The position numbers and the translations under genes were made by a program. A model generated the notes under the pieces. It did not search any database. It was not told the DNA's origin and saw nothing but the letters and a program-made list of their open reading frames with translations. A stretch of DNA of 64,000 bases, from positions 89,530,001 through 89,594,000 of the forward strand of contig NC_045697.1 of assembly GCF_009834535.1 (NCBI RefSeq), read 5' to 3'. The stretch comes from Camelus ferus. Its lineage: Eukaryota. Below are positions 13,909 through 26,623 of the stretch, one piece after another. The first letter of the stretch is position 1. The number at the start of each line of letters is the position of its first letter.

Positions 13909-14570
13909 AACACAAAAACCTGCATATGGATATTTATATAGCAGTTTTATCATAATAGGCAAAACTTGGAAGCAACCAAAATGTCCTTCTATAGATGAAT
14001 AGATGAATAAACTGTGGTACATCCAGACAATGGAATATTATTCAGTGCTAAATACAAGTCAGTTAGTATGTCATGAAAGGCATGGAGGAATCTTAAATGT
14101 CTATTGCTGAAAGAAAGCAGTACGTCTCAAAAAGCTAGTTACTCTATGATTCCAATTACATGGCCTTCTGGAAAAGCCAAAACTATGAAGACAGTAAAAG
14201 ATTTAGTGATTGTTAGACGTGTAGAGAGGCAGGCGGGGTACACGGGGCTGTATGAATAAGTGGAGCATAGAGAATTTGGGGGGCAGTGAAACTAGTATCT
14301 ATGATACCATAATGGTGGATGCATGTCATTTTACATTTGTCAAAACCCACAGAAAGTACAACTCCTAGAATGAACCCCAATGTAAACTGTGGGCTTGGTT
14401 GACAATGTGTCAGTGTAGGTTCATGCACTGTAACAACTATAGCACTCCAGGGTGTGATGTTGATAATACAGGAGACTGTATGTAGGAGTAGGGAATATAT
14501 GGGACTCTGTTCTTTCTACTTAATTTTGCTGTGAACCTAAAACTGTTCCAAACATGAAGTCTATTTTTAA
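13909..14570 (+). mobile_element. L1MC1/L1MC2-like 3' end
   Basis: acacaaaaacctgc...gtggtacatccagacaatggaatattattcagtgctaaa...tgctgtgaacctaaaactgttc. Confidence 0.85.
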
Positions 14571-15699
14571 TGAAGTTTTTATAAAAATGCACATTTATAA
14601 CATACATGCTTATCTTATAGTTCTTAACATTAAAACTCAACAGACAGATTAACTGTTTAACTCAAAATTTCCCAAATGTATTTTGCTACTAGATTCATTT
14701 TTATATAATGTCTCTTTATATCTCTTTGGCTTTGGATTCTGTGTAATATTTTCTGTGAAACAGTGAGTTTAGATGTAACAGTAGTAAGAAATTCTATGGA
14801 AATCTTCTGCATAGTTTACTCTGTGTCTTAAAGTTCACATTTTTGTGATTAAAGAGTCATATAAAATCCTTTTTAGACACGCAGAACAATAAGAAATTGA
14901 CATAAAGTAACAGCAATAATCAAAGGTAGAATGTACTCCTATTTTGACTCACAGTGTCAAGTCAGTCTTACTGCTAAACAAGCGTCTATAGTTCTATGGA
15001 GCTGAGAGTTTGATTTTGCTTTTCTCTTAGCCACCCCATCACATACACGCATGCGTGCACATACAAACACACACACTATAATTACCATGTTGAGTGTGAG
15101 GGGCAGAGAGCTGATGACTATCTCAGATCTTTGTCAGACCCTATTGTGCTTCTCTGGTGGACCTGCCTGACTTCATTGAAACTTGCTTCCTCTCCGTAAC
15201 TGTGCTGACATATGTCTACTTCTTTTGACTCGACCTCCTGCTGCTCAGTCTCAGCTTAGTTTGAATCCCTGGCACTTACATTGCTCTGTCTATTTGGTCT
15301 TTGTTTTCTATTTCTTCCCACTCTGTTTGGAAATCTTGCTGATGACCTCAGTCTCTGCACTTGGATTTTATGCCCTGTTTGCTCCTTTCCTGTTGCCACG
15401 GAGTCATTAGACTTGGAGCACGTCATCTCTCTCTGGAATTACAATATCTGTGTTTTCTAACCTCCTGGGTTTGGGTCTGTGCCTGCCAGACATTCACTGT
15501 CTTCAAGGTCATTCCAGTTGGACTCCTGAACTTGGCTTTCACGGGTCTGCCCTAGCTGGCTCTGTGACAGTTTCCAATACTTAGCAGACGTGAAAGAAGC
15601 CCTTCCTTTCCTGTCACAGCTTTTGGTAAGTCAGATATAACACTTCCTGCAAACTCACAAGGCTTGTCTTCCATGCAGTTCAGTCCTATTTTCTAATGG

Positions 15700-15978
15700 C
15701 ACTTTCTAGGTGAAGCCTTCACCTCCAATCTATTTAAAATGCAACCTTTTTCTCTCATCACATTCCCTATTCCCTTTCCTTGCTGTATTCTTCTCCACAT
15801 TATATACTATATAATATATTTATTTATTGTAGGTATTATCTGCCCCCTTCTACTGGGACATAAGCTTCATGAGTGCAGGATTTTGTTTTCCTCACTGATA
15901 CATCCCTCAATCTAGAAGACTGCCTACTTCATAGTAGACACTCAATAAACACATACGTAAATGGATAAATGAATGAAT
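15700..15978 (+). mobile_element. L2a 3' end
   Basis: taagcttcatgagtgcagg...atagtagacactcaataaa...aatgaatgaat terminal repeat. Confidence 0.8.
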
Positions 15979-17445
15979 ATGAGTGAATCTTTGGTGGGTC
16001 AAATTGGGGGTAAGAACACTGCAACCAGCAATTTCCATCTCATACAGTTTCAAAGTTTACCCACCAAGACTGGCCCACCGGGGCATTCCCAAAATACTTA
16101 GAAGGGAATTTGCACTCTGATCTCATTGTGAATCTGCTAGCAAGGAAATCAAAGTTAAGTTTACCTTACTGACATAATCTTAAAAGCAAAGTGAACACTT
16201 AATTTTTTAAGCACAGATTTTAATGAAGTTATTGACAATTAAAGGCATTGTGGCTTACTCTCTTTTCACTAGTTATTTCATGACAAGAAAATCACATTGC
16301 TCAATGATTCCAAACTCAAAACTGGTTGAAAAAGGCGATTTATTTTTCATCATTCATTTATTTCATGCTTTCTGTAACTAAAAGTATGTTTTACTCTCAG
16401 TGAAATTTTAAATTTTGTAATCTCCCAGTTGAGCGGTGTGGTCATTCCTCCTTCCACTGTATGATACTCAAATTGTTTCCACTTCTTGGCTTCAGATAAA
16501 GGTACAGTGAACATTCATGTCCAAGTTTTTGGGTGAACATGAACTTTTAATTCTTTGGTACAAATGCAGTGAGCTAAATTGCTGGATCATATGGTAATTC
16601 CATGTCTTGTTTTATTAAAGTATTTTCTGGGTTGGCTGTTATCATTTTACATTCCACCACCAATGTCAGAGTGATCAAGTTTCTCTGCAATGGCACCAAC
16701 ATGTAGTGTTATTATTTTTTATTTTAGTCTTTCTGATAGGCAAGTAGAGGTATCTCACTGTGGCTTTAACTTGAATTTGCCGAATGGATATTAAAGTTGA
16801 ACATCATTTCCTGTGTTTATTTGCCATCTGTATATCCTCTTCAGTGAAATGAAAAGTTTGTCTTTTACCTGTTTTTAAATAGGTTGTTTTTTCCTGTTGA
16901 GTTTTAAGAGTTCTTTATATATTCTAGAAACTAGTCCTTGGTCTAGTATGAGGTTTGAAAATATTGTCTCCTAGTTGGTAACTTGTCTTATCATGCTCTT
17001 ACCATGGTCATTTGCAAGGCAAATGTTTTAATTCTGACTAAACCCAATTTATCAACATTCCCTTTTATGAATTGTGCTTTTTGCATCAAATCTAAAAACT
17101 CTTCATTGGTCTCATGTGTTGAAGATTTTTACTTATGTTTTTCCTAAAATATGTATAGTTTTGTTTTATTTTTAAGTCTATGAACCATTTTGTGTTAATT
17201 TCTATGTAATATGTGAGGTTTAGTTCAAGGTCATTTTTTGTGTATTTTTGTGGTTTTGGTCTATGGATATCTAATTCAACAACACCATTTGTTATAAAGG
17301 CTCACTTTCTTCCATTGAATTCCTTTTACATCTTTGTCAAATATCTGTTGGAAATATATGTGTGGGCTTGATTCTGGGTTGTGTATATTTTTACTATTAA
17401 TATTTGTGTCTGACCTTCCACCAATAACAAACTAACTTGATTAAT

Positions 17446-17532
17446 GTAGCTATATAATTAAGCTATATAGTTATGACTATATTAAGCTATACAGTTATGT
17501 ATAGCTATAGTTAAGCTATACAGTTATGACTT
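17446..17532. repeat. Short tandem triplication (ttaagctata[c/t]agttatg x3) inside the old L1
   Basis: Three near-identical 17-nt units are visible. Confidence 0.85.
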
Positions 17533-20325
17533 AATATCAGGAAGAATGATTCCTCCTATTCTTCTCTAAAAAAAAATTGTTCTAGCTGTTCTAGGACTTG
17601 TGCCTTTCCACATACATGCTAGAAGAAGCTCTTCTATATCTGTAAGAATCCTTGATGGGATGTTGATAGGAATTATAGTCACCTTTCATATCAATTTGAG
17701 AAGAATTGATATCTTTAGTGCATTTAGTCTTCCAGTCTATGAATATAGTATGTTTATTTAGATCTTTGATTTCCTTCATCAGCATTTTATATTTTTCAGC
17801 ATACAGGTTCTGTACATGTTTTGTTAATTTTATAGCTATGTCCTTTTATTTGTAGCAATTTTAAATGGTGGTTTTTTTTTTTTTTTGGTCTGACATGTTT
17901 ACTGTTGGTATATAAAAATGTGACTTAATTTTTTGCCATGATCTTACATTTATGATCTTATTGAATTCATTTATTTTAGTAGTTTTATTGTAGATCCTTG
18001 GGATTTTCTATGTAGACAATGAGTCATCTTCAAATAGTGAAAATTTTCATTCTTCCTTTTTAATCAGTAGGATTTTTTTTTTCTTGACTTATTGCAGTGG
18101 TTAGAACTTCTAGTACCATCTTGAATAGGGTAGTGAGAACAGATTTCATTGCCTTATACATGATCTTTGGGAAATAATTTAGTCTTTCACCATCAATCTG
18201 ATGTTAGCTGTAATGTTTTTGTAGTTGGTTTATGTCAAATTGAGGTAGTAATTCTTTTTTCTTTAACTTGCTAAGTTTTGTTTTTCTTTTTTCATGAATA
18301 GATGTTGTATTTTGTTAAATGCCTTTTCTGTGTGCATTGATATGATGTTTTTCTTCTTTACCCTATTAATATACATTTGATTTTCTAATATCAAACCAGC
18401 CTTCAGTAACAGAAGCAAATCCTATTTGGTCATTGTGTATAATTATTTTTACACATTATTGGTTTTGATTTCCTAAATTTTTTTCAGGATTTTTGTGTCT
18501 AAGTTTATGTAAGACATTGGTCCATAGTTTTCTTTTTTATTGTCTTTCTCTAGTTTTATTAGCATTATAATACTACCAATCAAAATTAGTTAAGTTTTCA
18601 TTTCTCTTCAGTTTTCTGGAAGAGATTGTATAAAATTGACACTTAAAAAATGTAAATTGCCACAGGGAAGCCAACTGGGTCTGGTATTACTGTTTTTAAC
18701 TTTTAAAATTACAAATTCAATTACTTTAATGATTACAGGATGACTCTGGTTACTTATAACCATCTGGTTACTTGGTAGTTTGTGTTATTTTGGGAAGTTA
18801 TCAAATTTATGAACATATAATTGTTCATAGTTTTCCCTTATAATTTTTTAAGTGATTGTAAAATCTGTGGTGACATTCCCTGTTTTATTCCTTATATTTG
18901 TGATTTGTGTCATTTGTCTTTTTATCTTAAGTCTTTAGTCTTGTTAGAGGTGGGTCATTTGTATTGATTTCCTTTTAAGAACCAACTTCTGATTCTATTG
19001 ATTTTTCTTTACTGTTTTCCTATTTTTAATTGCATTGATATCTACTCTTATCTGTATTATTATTATTATCCTTCCTTCTGCTTACTTTGGGTTTGTTTTG
19101 TTCTTATTTATCTAATTTCATGTCATAGGAATTTAGATTATTGATTGGAATTTTTTTTCTTTTCAAATTTGAGCATTTAGTGCTAAAGTATTTCCCTCTC
19201 ATTACTGCCTTAGTTGTCATCTACAAATTTGGATATATAATTTTATTTCCATTCAGACCTATGTATGTATTTATTTCCTTTGAGACTTACTCTTTCATGT
19301 ATGGGTTGTTTAGGAGCATTTTGCTTAAATTCCAAGTGTTTAGAATTTTTGCTGTTATTTATTTATCCTGTTCCCTTATATTTCCCTCTTTTATTTCTAT
19401 TATTGATTTGTAGTATGGCTCCATTATGGTCATAGAACATAGTTCCTATTTCAATTCCTATAAATGTGTTGATGTTAAAATTATGAACCTGGATATGGTT
19501 TAACAGGTTCCAAATACAAAAGAATGTCTATTCTGTATTTTGGGGTAAAGAGTTCTATAAATATCAATTATATTCTTTGGGTTGGTGATTTTATTCAGTT
19601 TTTCTGTCTTTGCTAATTTTTTTCTAGTAGAGCAATTAAATGTGGGGCACTGAAGTCCCCAATTATTGCTAATTTGTCTATTTCCCTTTTCATTCTATCA
19701 AGTTTTTTTTTCTTCATATACATTAAGCCTCTATTACTTTGTGTGTATATACATTTAGGATCACTATGTGTTTTTGCTGAATTAAGCCTATTATCACTAT
19801 GAAATGGTCCTCTTTGTTCCTAGTAATTATCCTTGCTATGTGGTTTCTTTTAACTGATAGTAATGAAACTATTCCTGCTTATTTTTTGATTGATAGTAGC
19901 ATGATACACATTTTGGTTTTTTTTTTTACATTTCATTGTGTTTGATGTGTTTCTCCAATTTAGATAAATTATCTAAATACAGAGATTTATGCAGCATATA
20001 GTTGTGTCTTTTAAAAAAATCCACTCTATCAATCTCTGTATTTAGATAATTTATATTGAAAATACTCATTGATATGTTGTCATATATCTGGCATTTTATT
20101 ATTTATTTTCTGTGTGTTTCCTGTTTCTCATTCCCCTATTTCTCACCTTCATGTGGATTATTTCAGTATTCTTGTTTTTAGGATTCTGTCTTGCTTTATT
20201 TATAGACTATTTTGGAGTGTATCTCTTTGTATAGTTTTTTTAGTGATTACTTTAGGTGTTACAGTACATATGTGACTTGTCACAGCCTACTGATACTGAC
20301 ATTTTACCACTTCAAGTATTGCAAG

Positions 20326-21128
20326 CCTACTTCCTAACTGGTCTGTTAAGGTCACCTCATAAAGGAGTAATGGACCCCCCCCCCCAATTTAAAATGGGCT
20401 CAGGTGTCTACACTAGTAATATCACAAGTGCCCCCAAAAAGTATGAAATGTTTTTTAGTCACATAGTGAGTAGGACAGGCTCCCAAGCAGGTCCATAAAT
20501 ATGGAGAGATTTCAGGTATCGTCAGTATTTGTCTCACTAATGGGGTGCTATGTAGGGCTAAAGGAAGCAGTGACTTGCACCAAGATTCCATTAGCACCTT
20601 ATGCCCATCATGGGTACAGAGACTCCAGGAGGCACACGAGGAGGCTGCAAAAACCTCTCTAATGAAGGAGTCTCAGAGGGATACTAGTGGGAGTGCCAGT
20701 TTTATTCCAATTTCAACAGATTCTAGAGACTCTGTTCTAAGAAATTCCATTCAAGATGGTCTGATTTATAACAGCCTATATACGTTTAAGTAAAAACTTT
20801 AAATGAGTAGCATGTTTCCACCAAGATCCAAAAAGACTTAAAAGATGTTGGGTTTAACATTGTGGATGCTGAGAGGATAAATAGCTGCTTGTTGACAGTG
20901 TAAGGGATAGAGTAGCCCTTGGCAAACCAAAAAATTAAGGTGGTGAGTCTCCTATGTTTTGTGAACTGCTTTGTTATTATTTGTATGACCTGAATGAGTG
21001 TATCAAATAAATCTCCTTGGAGGAGAATACCATCAATGAAATATCCTACCTGTGTTGTGGATAAGGTTGGATGTGGTTAAGAAAGGCAGTTTGTGAAGAG
21101 TGTTGAGATGCCCTATAGAGTTACTCTA
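20326..21128 (-). mobile_element. ERV-L-like (class III) pol fragment: RT palm/thumb/connection, pseudogenised, no LTR
   Basis: Minus-strand translation across frameshifts gives TQVGYFIDGILLQGDLFDTLIQVIQIITKQFTK (degenerate HYIDD at 21029-21043), WFAKGYSIPYTVNKQL, QHLLSLFGSWWKHATHLKFLLKRI and ASWSLCTHDGHKVLMESWCKSL...TPLVRQIL. These are collinear with recalled ERV-L Pol. Confidence 0.8.
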
Positions 21129-21501
21129 TATTACAAGATCCATTTACTCTACCCAGTTTAGATATACCAGTCTCAATTCTCTCTATATATACTTAGCAAC
21201 AGAATACATGTAATTATTGCTTTAATTATCTAATACAATTTTAGAAACTCTTAAAGTATAGCTTGTTATTTTACCTATATTTTATCCATTTCCTTTTCTC
21301 TTCATTATTTTCTAAACTTCCAATACTTTTTCTGTTACTGTCTTACTTGTTTGGAGAGCTTCAGTCAGCTATTGTTTGAGTAGGTCTATGAATGGTGAAT
21401 TTTTAAATTCTCCTTTACTTGGAATAACCTTATTTTCCCTTCAATCCTAAAGGGTAGTTTCACCAAATATTGAATTCAAAGTGTACAATTATTTTTCTTT
21501 C

Positions 21502-22325
21502 TACAATTATTTTTGTTTAATACATATATTTTTATTGAAGTATAGTCAGTTTATAGTGTATCAATTTCTGGTCTACAGCATAATGCTTTAGGCACACATG
21601 AACATACCTATATTTGTTTTCATAGTTTTCACCATAAGTTACTACAAGATATTGAATATAGTTCCCTGTGCTGTACAGTATGAACTTGTTTGTTTTCTAT
21701 ATATTAGGTAGTATCTGCAAATCTCAAACTCACAATTTATCTCTTCACACCCATATCCTCCCCTGGTAACCACAAGTTTGTTTTCTACATCTGTGAGTCT
21801 GTTTGTAAATAAGTTCAATTATCTTTTTCTTTAGATTCCACATATAAGTGATATCATATGGTATTTTTATTTCTCTTTCTGGCCTTCTACACTTAGACTG
21901 ACAATCTCCAGGTCCATCCATGTTGCTGCAAAAGGCATTGTTTTATTCTTTTTTATGGCTGAGTAGTATTCCATTGTATACATATATCACATCATCTTTA
22001 TCCAGTAATCTGTTGATGGACATTTAGGTTGTTTCCATGCCTTGGCTATTGCAAATAGTGCTGCTATGAATATTGGAGTGTGTATATCTTTTTGAATTAA
22101 TGTTCCCTCTGGATATTTGCCCAGGAGTGGGATTGCTGGATCATATGGTATTATTTTAGTCTTTTGAGACATCTCCATACTGTTTTCCATAATGGCTGCA
22201 CCAAACTACATTCCCACCAACAGTGTAGGAGAGTTCCCTTTTCTCCACGGCCTCTCCAGCATTTATCAGTTGTGGACTTTTGAATGATGCCCATTTTGAC
22301 TGGTATGAGGTGATACCTCATAGTT
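21502..22325 (-). mobile_element. Young 5'-truncated L1 (3' UTR + ORF2 end), in tandem with the next L1
   Basis: Terminus tttttattgaagtatagtcagttt. ORF 21987-22190 ([13 protein letters not shown]...WKQPKCPS). Confidence 0.92.
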
Positions 22326-23281
22326 CTGTTTTTTGGTTTTTTTTTTTTAATATATTTTTATGGAAGTATATTCAGTTTACAATGTTGTGTCAATTTCTGA
22401 TGTACAGCACAATGCTTCAGTCATATAACATACATATATTTGTTTTCATATGCTTTTTCACCCTAAGATACTCCAAGATACTGAATATAGTTCCCTGTGC
22501 TATACAGTATGAATTTGTTTATTTTATATATAGCAGTCAGTATCTGCAAATCTGGAACTCCCAATTTATCCCATCCTCTTTCCCTTCTGGTAATGTAAGT
22601 TTTCTATGTCTCTGAGTCTGTTTCTGTTTCTGTTTCGTAAATAATTTTCTTTTTTATTTAATTCCATATATGTGTTACCATATGGTAGTTTTCTTTCTCT
22701 TTTTGGCTTACTTCACTTAGAATGACATTCTCCAGGTCCGTCCATGTTGCCGTAAATAGCATTATTTTATTCTTCTTTATGGCTGAGTAGTATTCCATTG
22801 TATAAATATACCATATCTTCTTTCTCCAGTCATCTGTTGATGGACATTTAGGTTGTTTTCATGTCTTCACTATTGTAAATAGTGCTGCTGTAAACATTGG
22901 GTTGCATATATCTTTTTGAATTAAGGTTCCCTTTGGATATATGGTGAGGAGTGGGCTTGCTGGATCATATAGTAAGTCTATTTTTAGTTTTTTGAGGAAT
23001 CTCCGTACTCTTTTCCATAATGGCTGCATGAAACTACATTCCTACTAGCAGTGTAAGGGGGTTCCCATTTCTCCACAGCCTCTGCAGCATTTATCATTTG
23101 TGGTCTTTTGAATGATGGCCATTCTGACAGGTGTGAGGTGATAACCTCATTGTAGTTTTGATTTGCAGTTCTCTGAAAATTAGCAATATGGAACATTTTT
23201 TCATGTGCCTGTTGGCCATTTGTATGTCTTCATTTGGAGAATTGTTTGTTTAGGTCTTATGCTCATTTTTGGATTGGTTTT

Positions 23282-23316
<35 letters not shown>
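23282..23316. repeat. (TTG)n microsatellite inside the L1
   Basis: Directly visible. Confidence 0.95.
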
Positions 23317-24502
23317 AAGTTGTATGAGCTGTTTATATATTTTGGAATTTAAGCACTTGACAGTCACATCATTTGCAAATATTTTCTCCCATTCTGTAGG
23401 TTGTTCTTTTGTTTTGCTTATAGTTTCCTTTGCTGTGCAAAATATTGTAAGTTTAATTAGGTCCTGTTTATTTTTGTTTTTTCAATCGCCTAAGTAGACT
23501 GCCCTAGGAGAATTGCTGAGATTTAAGTCAGATAATTTTGCCTATGTTTTCTTTAAGAGGTTTATAGTGTCTTGTCTTACGTTTAAGTCTTTAAGCCATT
23601 TTGAGTGTATTTTTGTGTATGGTATGAAGGAATATTCTAACTTCATGATTTACATGAAGCTGTCCAGTTTTCCCAACACATTTGCTGAAGAGATTGTCTT
23701 TACTCAATTGTATGTTTTGCCTCCTTTGTCAAAGATTAATTAACCAAAAGTTTGTGGGTATATTTCTGGGGTTTCTATTCTGTTCCATTGATCCATATAT
23801 CTGTTTTTGTGCCAATACCATACCATTTTAATTACTGTAGCTCTGCAGAATATCTGAAGTCTGGGAAGGTTATTCCCCCAGCTTCTTCCTTTTCCTTCAG
23901 TGTTGCTTTGGCAATTCTGGGTCTTTTTTGATTCCATATAAATTTTAGGATTATTTGTTCTAGTTCTGTGAAAACAGATGTCCTAGGTAACTTGATAGGG
24001 AGTGTATTAAATCTGTAGATTGCTTTAGGTAGTATAGCCATTGTAATAATATTAATTCCTCCAATCCAAGAACATGGGCTATGTTTCCATATCTTTAAGT
24101 AACCTTTAATTTCCTTAGTTAATGTTTATAGTTCTTTGTAAGTCTTTCACCTCCTTAGTCAGATTTATTCCTATTTTATCTTTTTGGGTGCAATTTTAAA
24201 AAGGATTGTTTCTTTCCATTTCTGATATTAACATCCTTGAAATTACTGTATCTGTTTGCTTTAGACTGGTGTTCATGTGGGCTCAAACACATCCTAAAAA
24301 GAATGAAGGGAAAAAAAAAGGGAGAAAAAGAAATGTGTATTTTCTTGCTCCCCTCTCCTACCTTTTATGATTTTGATGTCCTTTTTTGTTTTGTTTTGTT
24401 TTTTTCTTCGCATCTTCATGTTTATTCTTTTGCAACTCACTGTAGTTATCACATTTCCAATTATGGTTTTCTTATATTTATAGCTTCCTGCTTATTTTCT
24501 AT

Positions 24503-25246
24503 TTAGAATAGACATTTCAACAATTCTTTTAGCATAGGTTTAGTATTGTTGAATTCTTTCAGTCTTTGCTTGTCTGTGAAGTTCTTTTTCTCTCCTTCTT
24601 CTAAAGGATACTCTTGGCAGATAGAGTATCCTAGGTTTACACCTTTTTCACATTCAGGACTTTGAAAATATCTTGCCAGTCCGTTCTGGCCAGTAGTGTT
24701 TGTGTAGAGAAATCAGCTGAAAGCCTTATGGGGGTCACCTTGTAACTATGTTTTTCTCCTGCTGCCTTTAGAATCATTTCTTTAACTTTGGCCATCTTAA
24801 TTATAATATGTCTTGCTATAGGTCTGTTTGGGACCCTTATGTGTAGGTTGGCATGCTTATATTACCCCATAGGTCCCTTCTATTGCTTTCATTGGTTTTT
24901 ACCTGCTTTTCTGGCTGCTGTTCCGATTGGGTGACTTCTGTTAACTTGTCTTCTAAGTCACTTACTTGTCTATGCATTATCTAGGTCTGCTTTCGACTGC
25001 TTTAGCTAGGCTTTTTTCTCAGCCATTGAATTTTCTGTTTTGAATTATTTCCTCTATTGTTTCTATTTCCTTTTTTATAGTATTCTGTCTCTATTCATAG
25101 TCTCTCTTATTTCCTTCAGTGCTTTTATCACCCCCCCCTTTTTTGAAGTCATGATCTAGGAGACTGTCAAGGTCTATCTCATTCTTCTTTCTTTCAAGGG
25201 ACTTCTCTTGTTCTTTTAATTGGGAGTGGTTCCTCTGCTTCTTCAT
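24503..25246 (-). pseudogene. L1 ORF1p remnant
   Basis: Begins MKKQRNHSQLKEQEKSLERKKNEIDLDSLLDHDFKK and ends ELLKCLF*. Disrupted and shortened to 744 bp. Confidence 0.8.
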
Positions 25247-26614
25247 TTTTACTTATATTTCTTTGGAATTACGGATTTAGGAGTATCACTTATCTACTGT
25301 GGTCCTGAAGGGCTGTTTTTTGTTTTTGTTTTTATTTAAAGCAGAGCTTATGTGCGTAGACTGTGTGCCTCTAATAGTTTTGTTGCAAGGGCTATTAGTA
25401 TGGATGATTGCCATGTCTTTCTTCCATGTGTGCTGGCTGTTATCCCTTTGACTGGGGTGTGGTTTTAACAGCCTTGACAGAGGCCAGGGGCAAGGCCTGC
25501 TCCCCTGTTGCTGGAATAGGGGCTTCTAGGCCTGTTTTTGAGCTGCGGTGTGTGGTAGGCAGGGTTGGAGTGGGAAAAGGAGTTGCTGAGTATACCTCCC
25601 CAAGAGATATTCACTGGGAAGTGCCCTCTGTGGTGTTGTCTGTCACTTGTTATGCAGGCTTACAAAGTAATCTTTGTTGATGCTGCCTTTGTCCCCACCT
25701 TAGCTGTGGGAATGTCAGCCACCTGCTCTGGTGTCCCCCAGGTTCTGGACCCCAGGAACCACCAGTACAGATCACCAATGTCAGGCATGCAGTCACACAC
25801 CTGTATCTGCGGTGCATCACAGGGTCAGTACAGACCCGAGGCCCACCTCAACGTACAGTACAGTGTGCTGGCTTGTTGTACATACCTGTACCTTGCCTCC
25901 ACCATGGGCCAGAACTCCACTCCCTGCCTGTTCATCCCAGAGGTGCAGGTTCACAGTGTCACCAATGGAGCAAATCACTCTCTCTGCCTGGGGCTATAAA
26001 TAAATCTCAGTCCTACCTGTGAAGTTGCAGGGGCCCTGGGTATGGATTCAGCTTTCAGCTCTGCCTCTGCACAGCAATGATGGCTATGACCAAGCGCCAT
26101 CTCTGTTCTAGCCAGAACACACCAACAATGGAGCCAAGCAGACACAGTGGCTACGGTGAGGCTCTGTTGTGCCCCACCCACCACGCACACCATGCTTGTC
26201 TATGGGGGTCCCGGGCTATCCTGTTCCCACACACCCTCAGCCAGAGTCCACACTGCCCTCCAGTCCCCTGAGGCCACCTCTGAGTAGCAGACCCCAGCCC
26301 CTCCCCCAATCTCCAGCAGTCAGTCCTGGCCTGTCCCAGCCAGCTTGCATCTAGGGCTCAGGGACCCGCCCTTCCACTTTCTTTTAGTTCTGTCTTCCAA
26401 GTGGCTGCCACTTTCTCCTCCAAGCTTCGAGAAGCTTGGCTTCTGTCCCCACTTCCCTCACAGCTGAAGAGGGGACATACCATCATGAGGGTGCATTTCA
26501 AAGCAAGAGACACTCTGCCAGAGTTTAGTAGGTGTTCTGTGCGATTCAGTGGGCTTGTAGATATAGTTCTTGGTGTATTTATGGGAGAGGGTGAGCTGTG
26601 AGTCTCTCTACTCT

Positions 26615-26623
26615 GCCATCTTG
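26615..26623 (-). promoter_or_regulatory. YY1 site of the L1 internal promoter
   Basis: CAAGATGGC about 11 nt from the G-rich L1 5' terminus, the canonical position. Confidence 0.75.

Noticed and set aside
15096..15568. Possible ancient LTR bounded by TG...CA
   Set aside because: No TSD and no family motif I can name.
17446..17532. CRISPR-like repeat-spacer pattern
   Set aside because: Eukaryotic L1 context with very short self-derived spacers. It is a simple tandem triplication.
20326..21128. Endogenous bornavirus or other non-retroviral element, or a processed pseudogene
   Set aside because: Manual translation fits retroviral class III RT motifs. I saw no resemblance to bornavirus N or L, and the plus-strand ORFs (20256-20498, 20545-20793) are antisense to the pol remnant.
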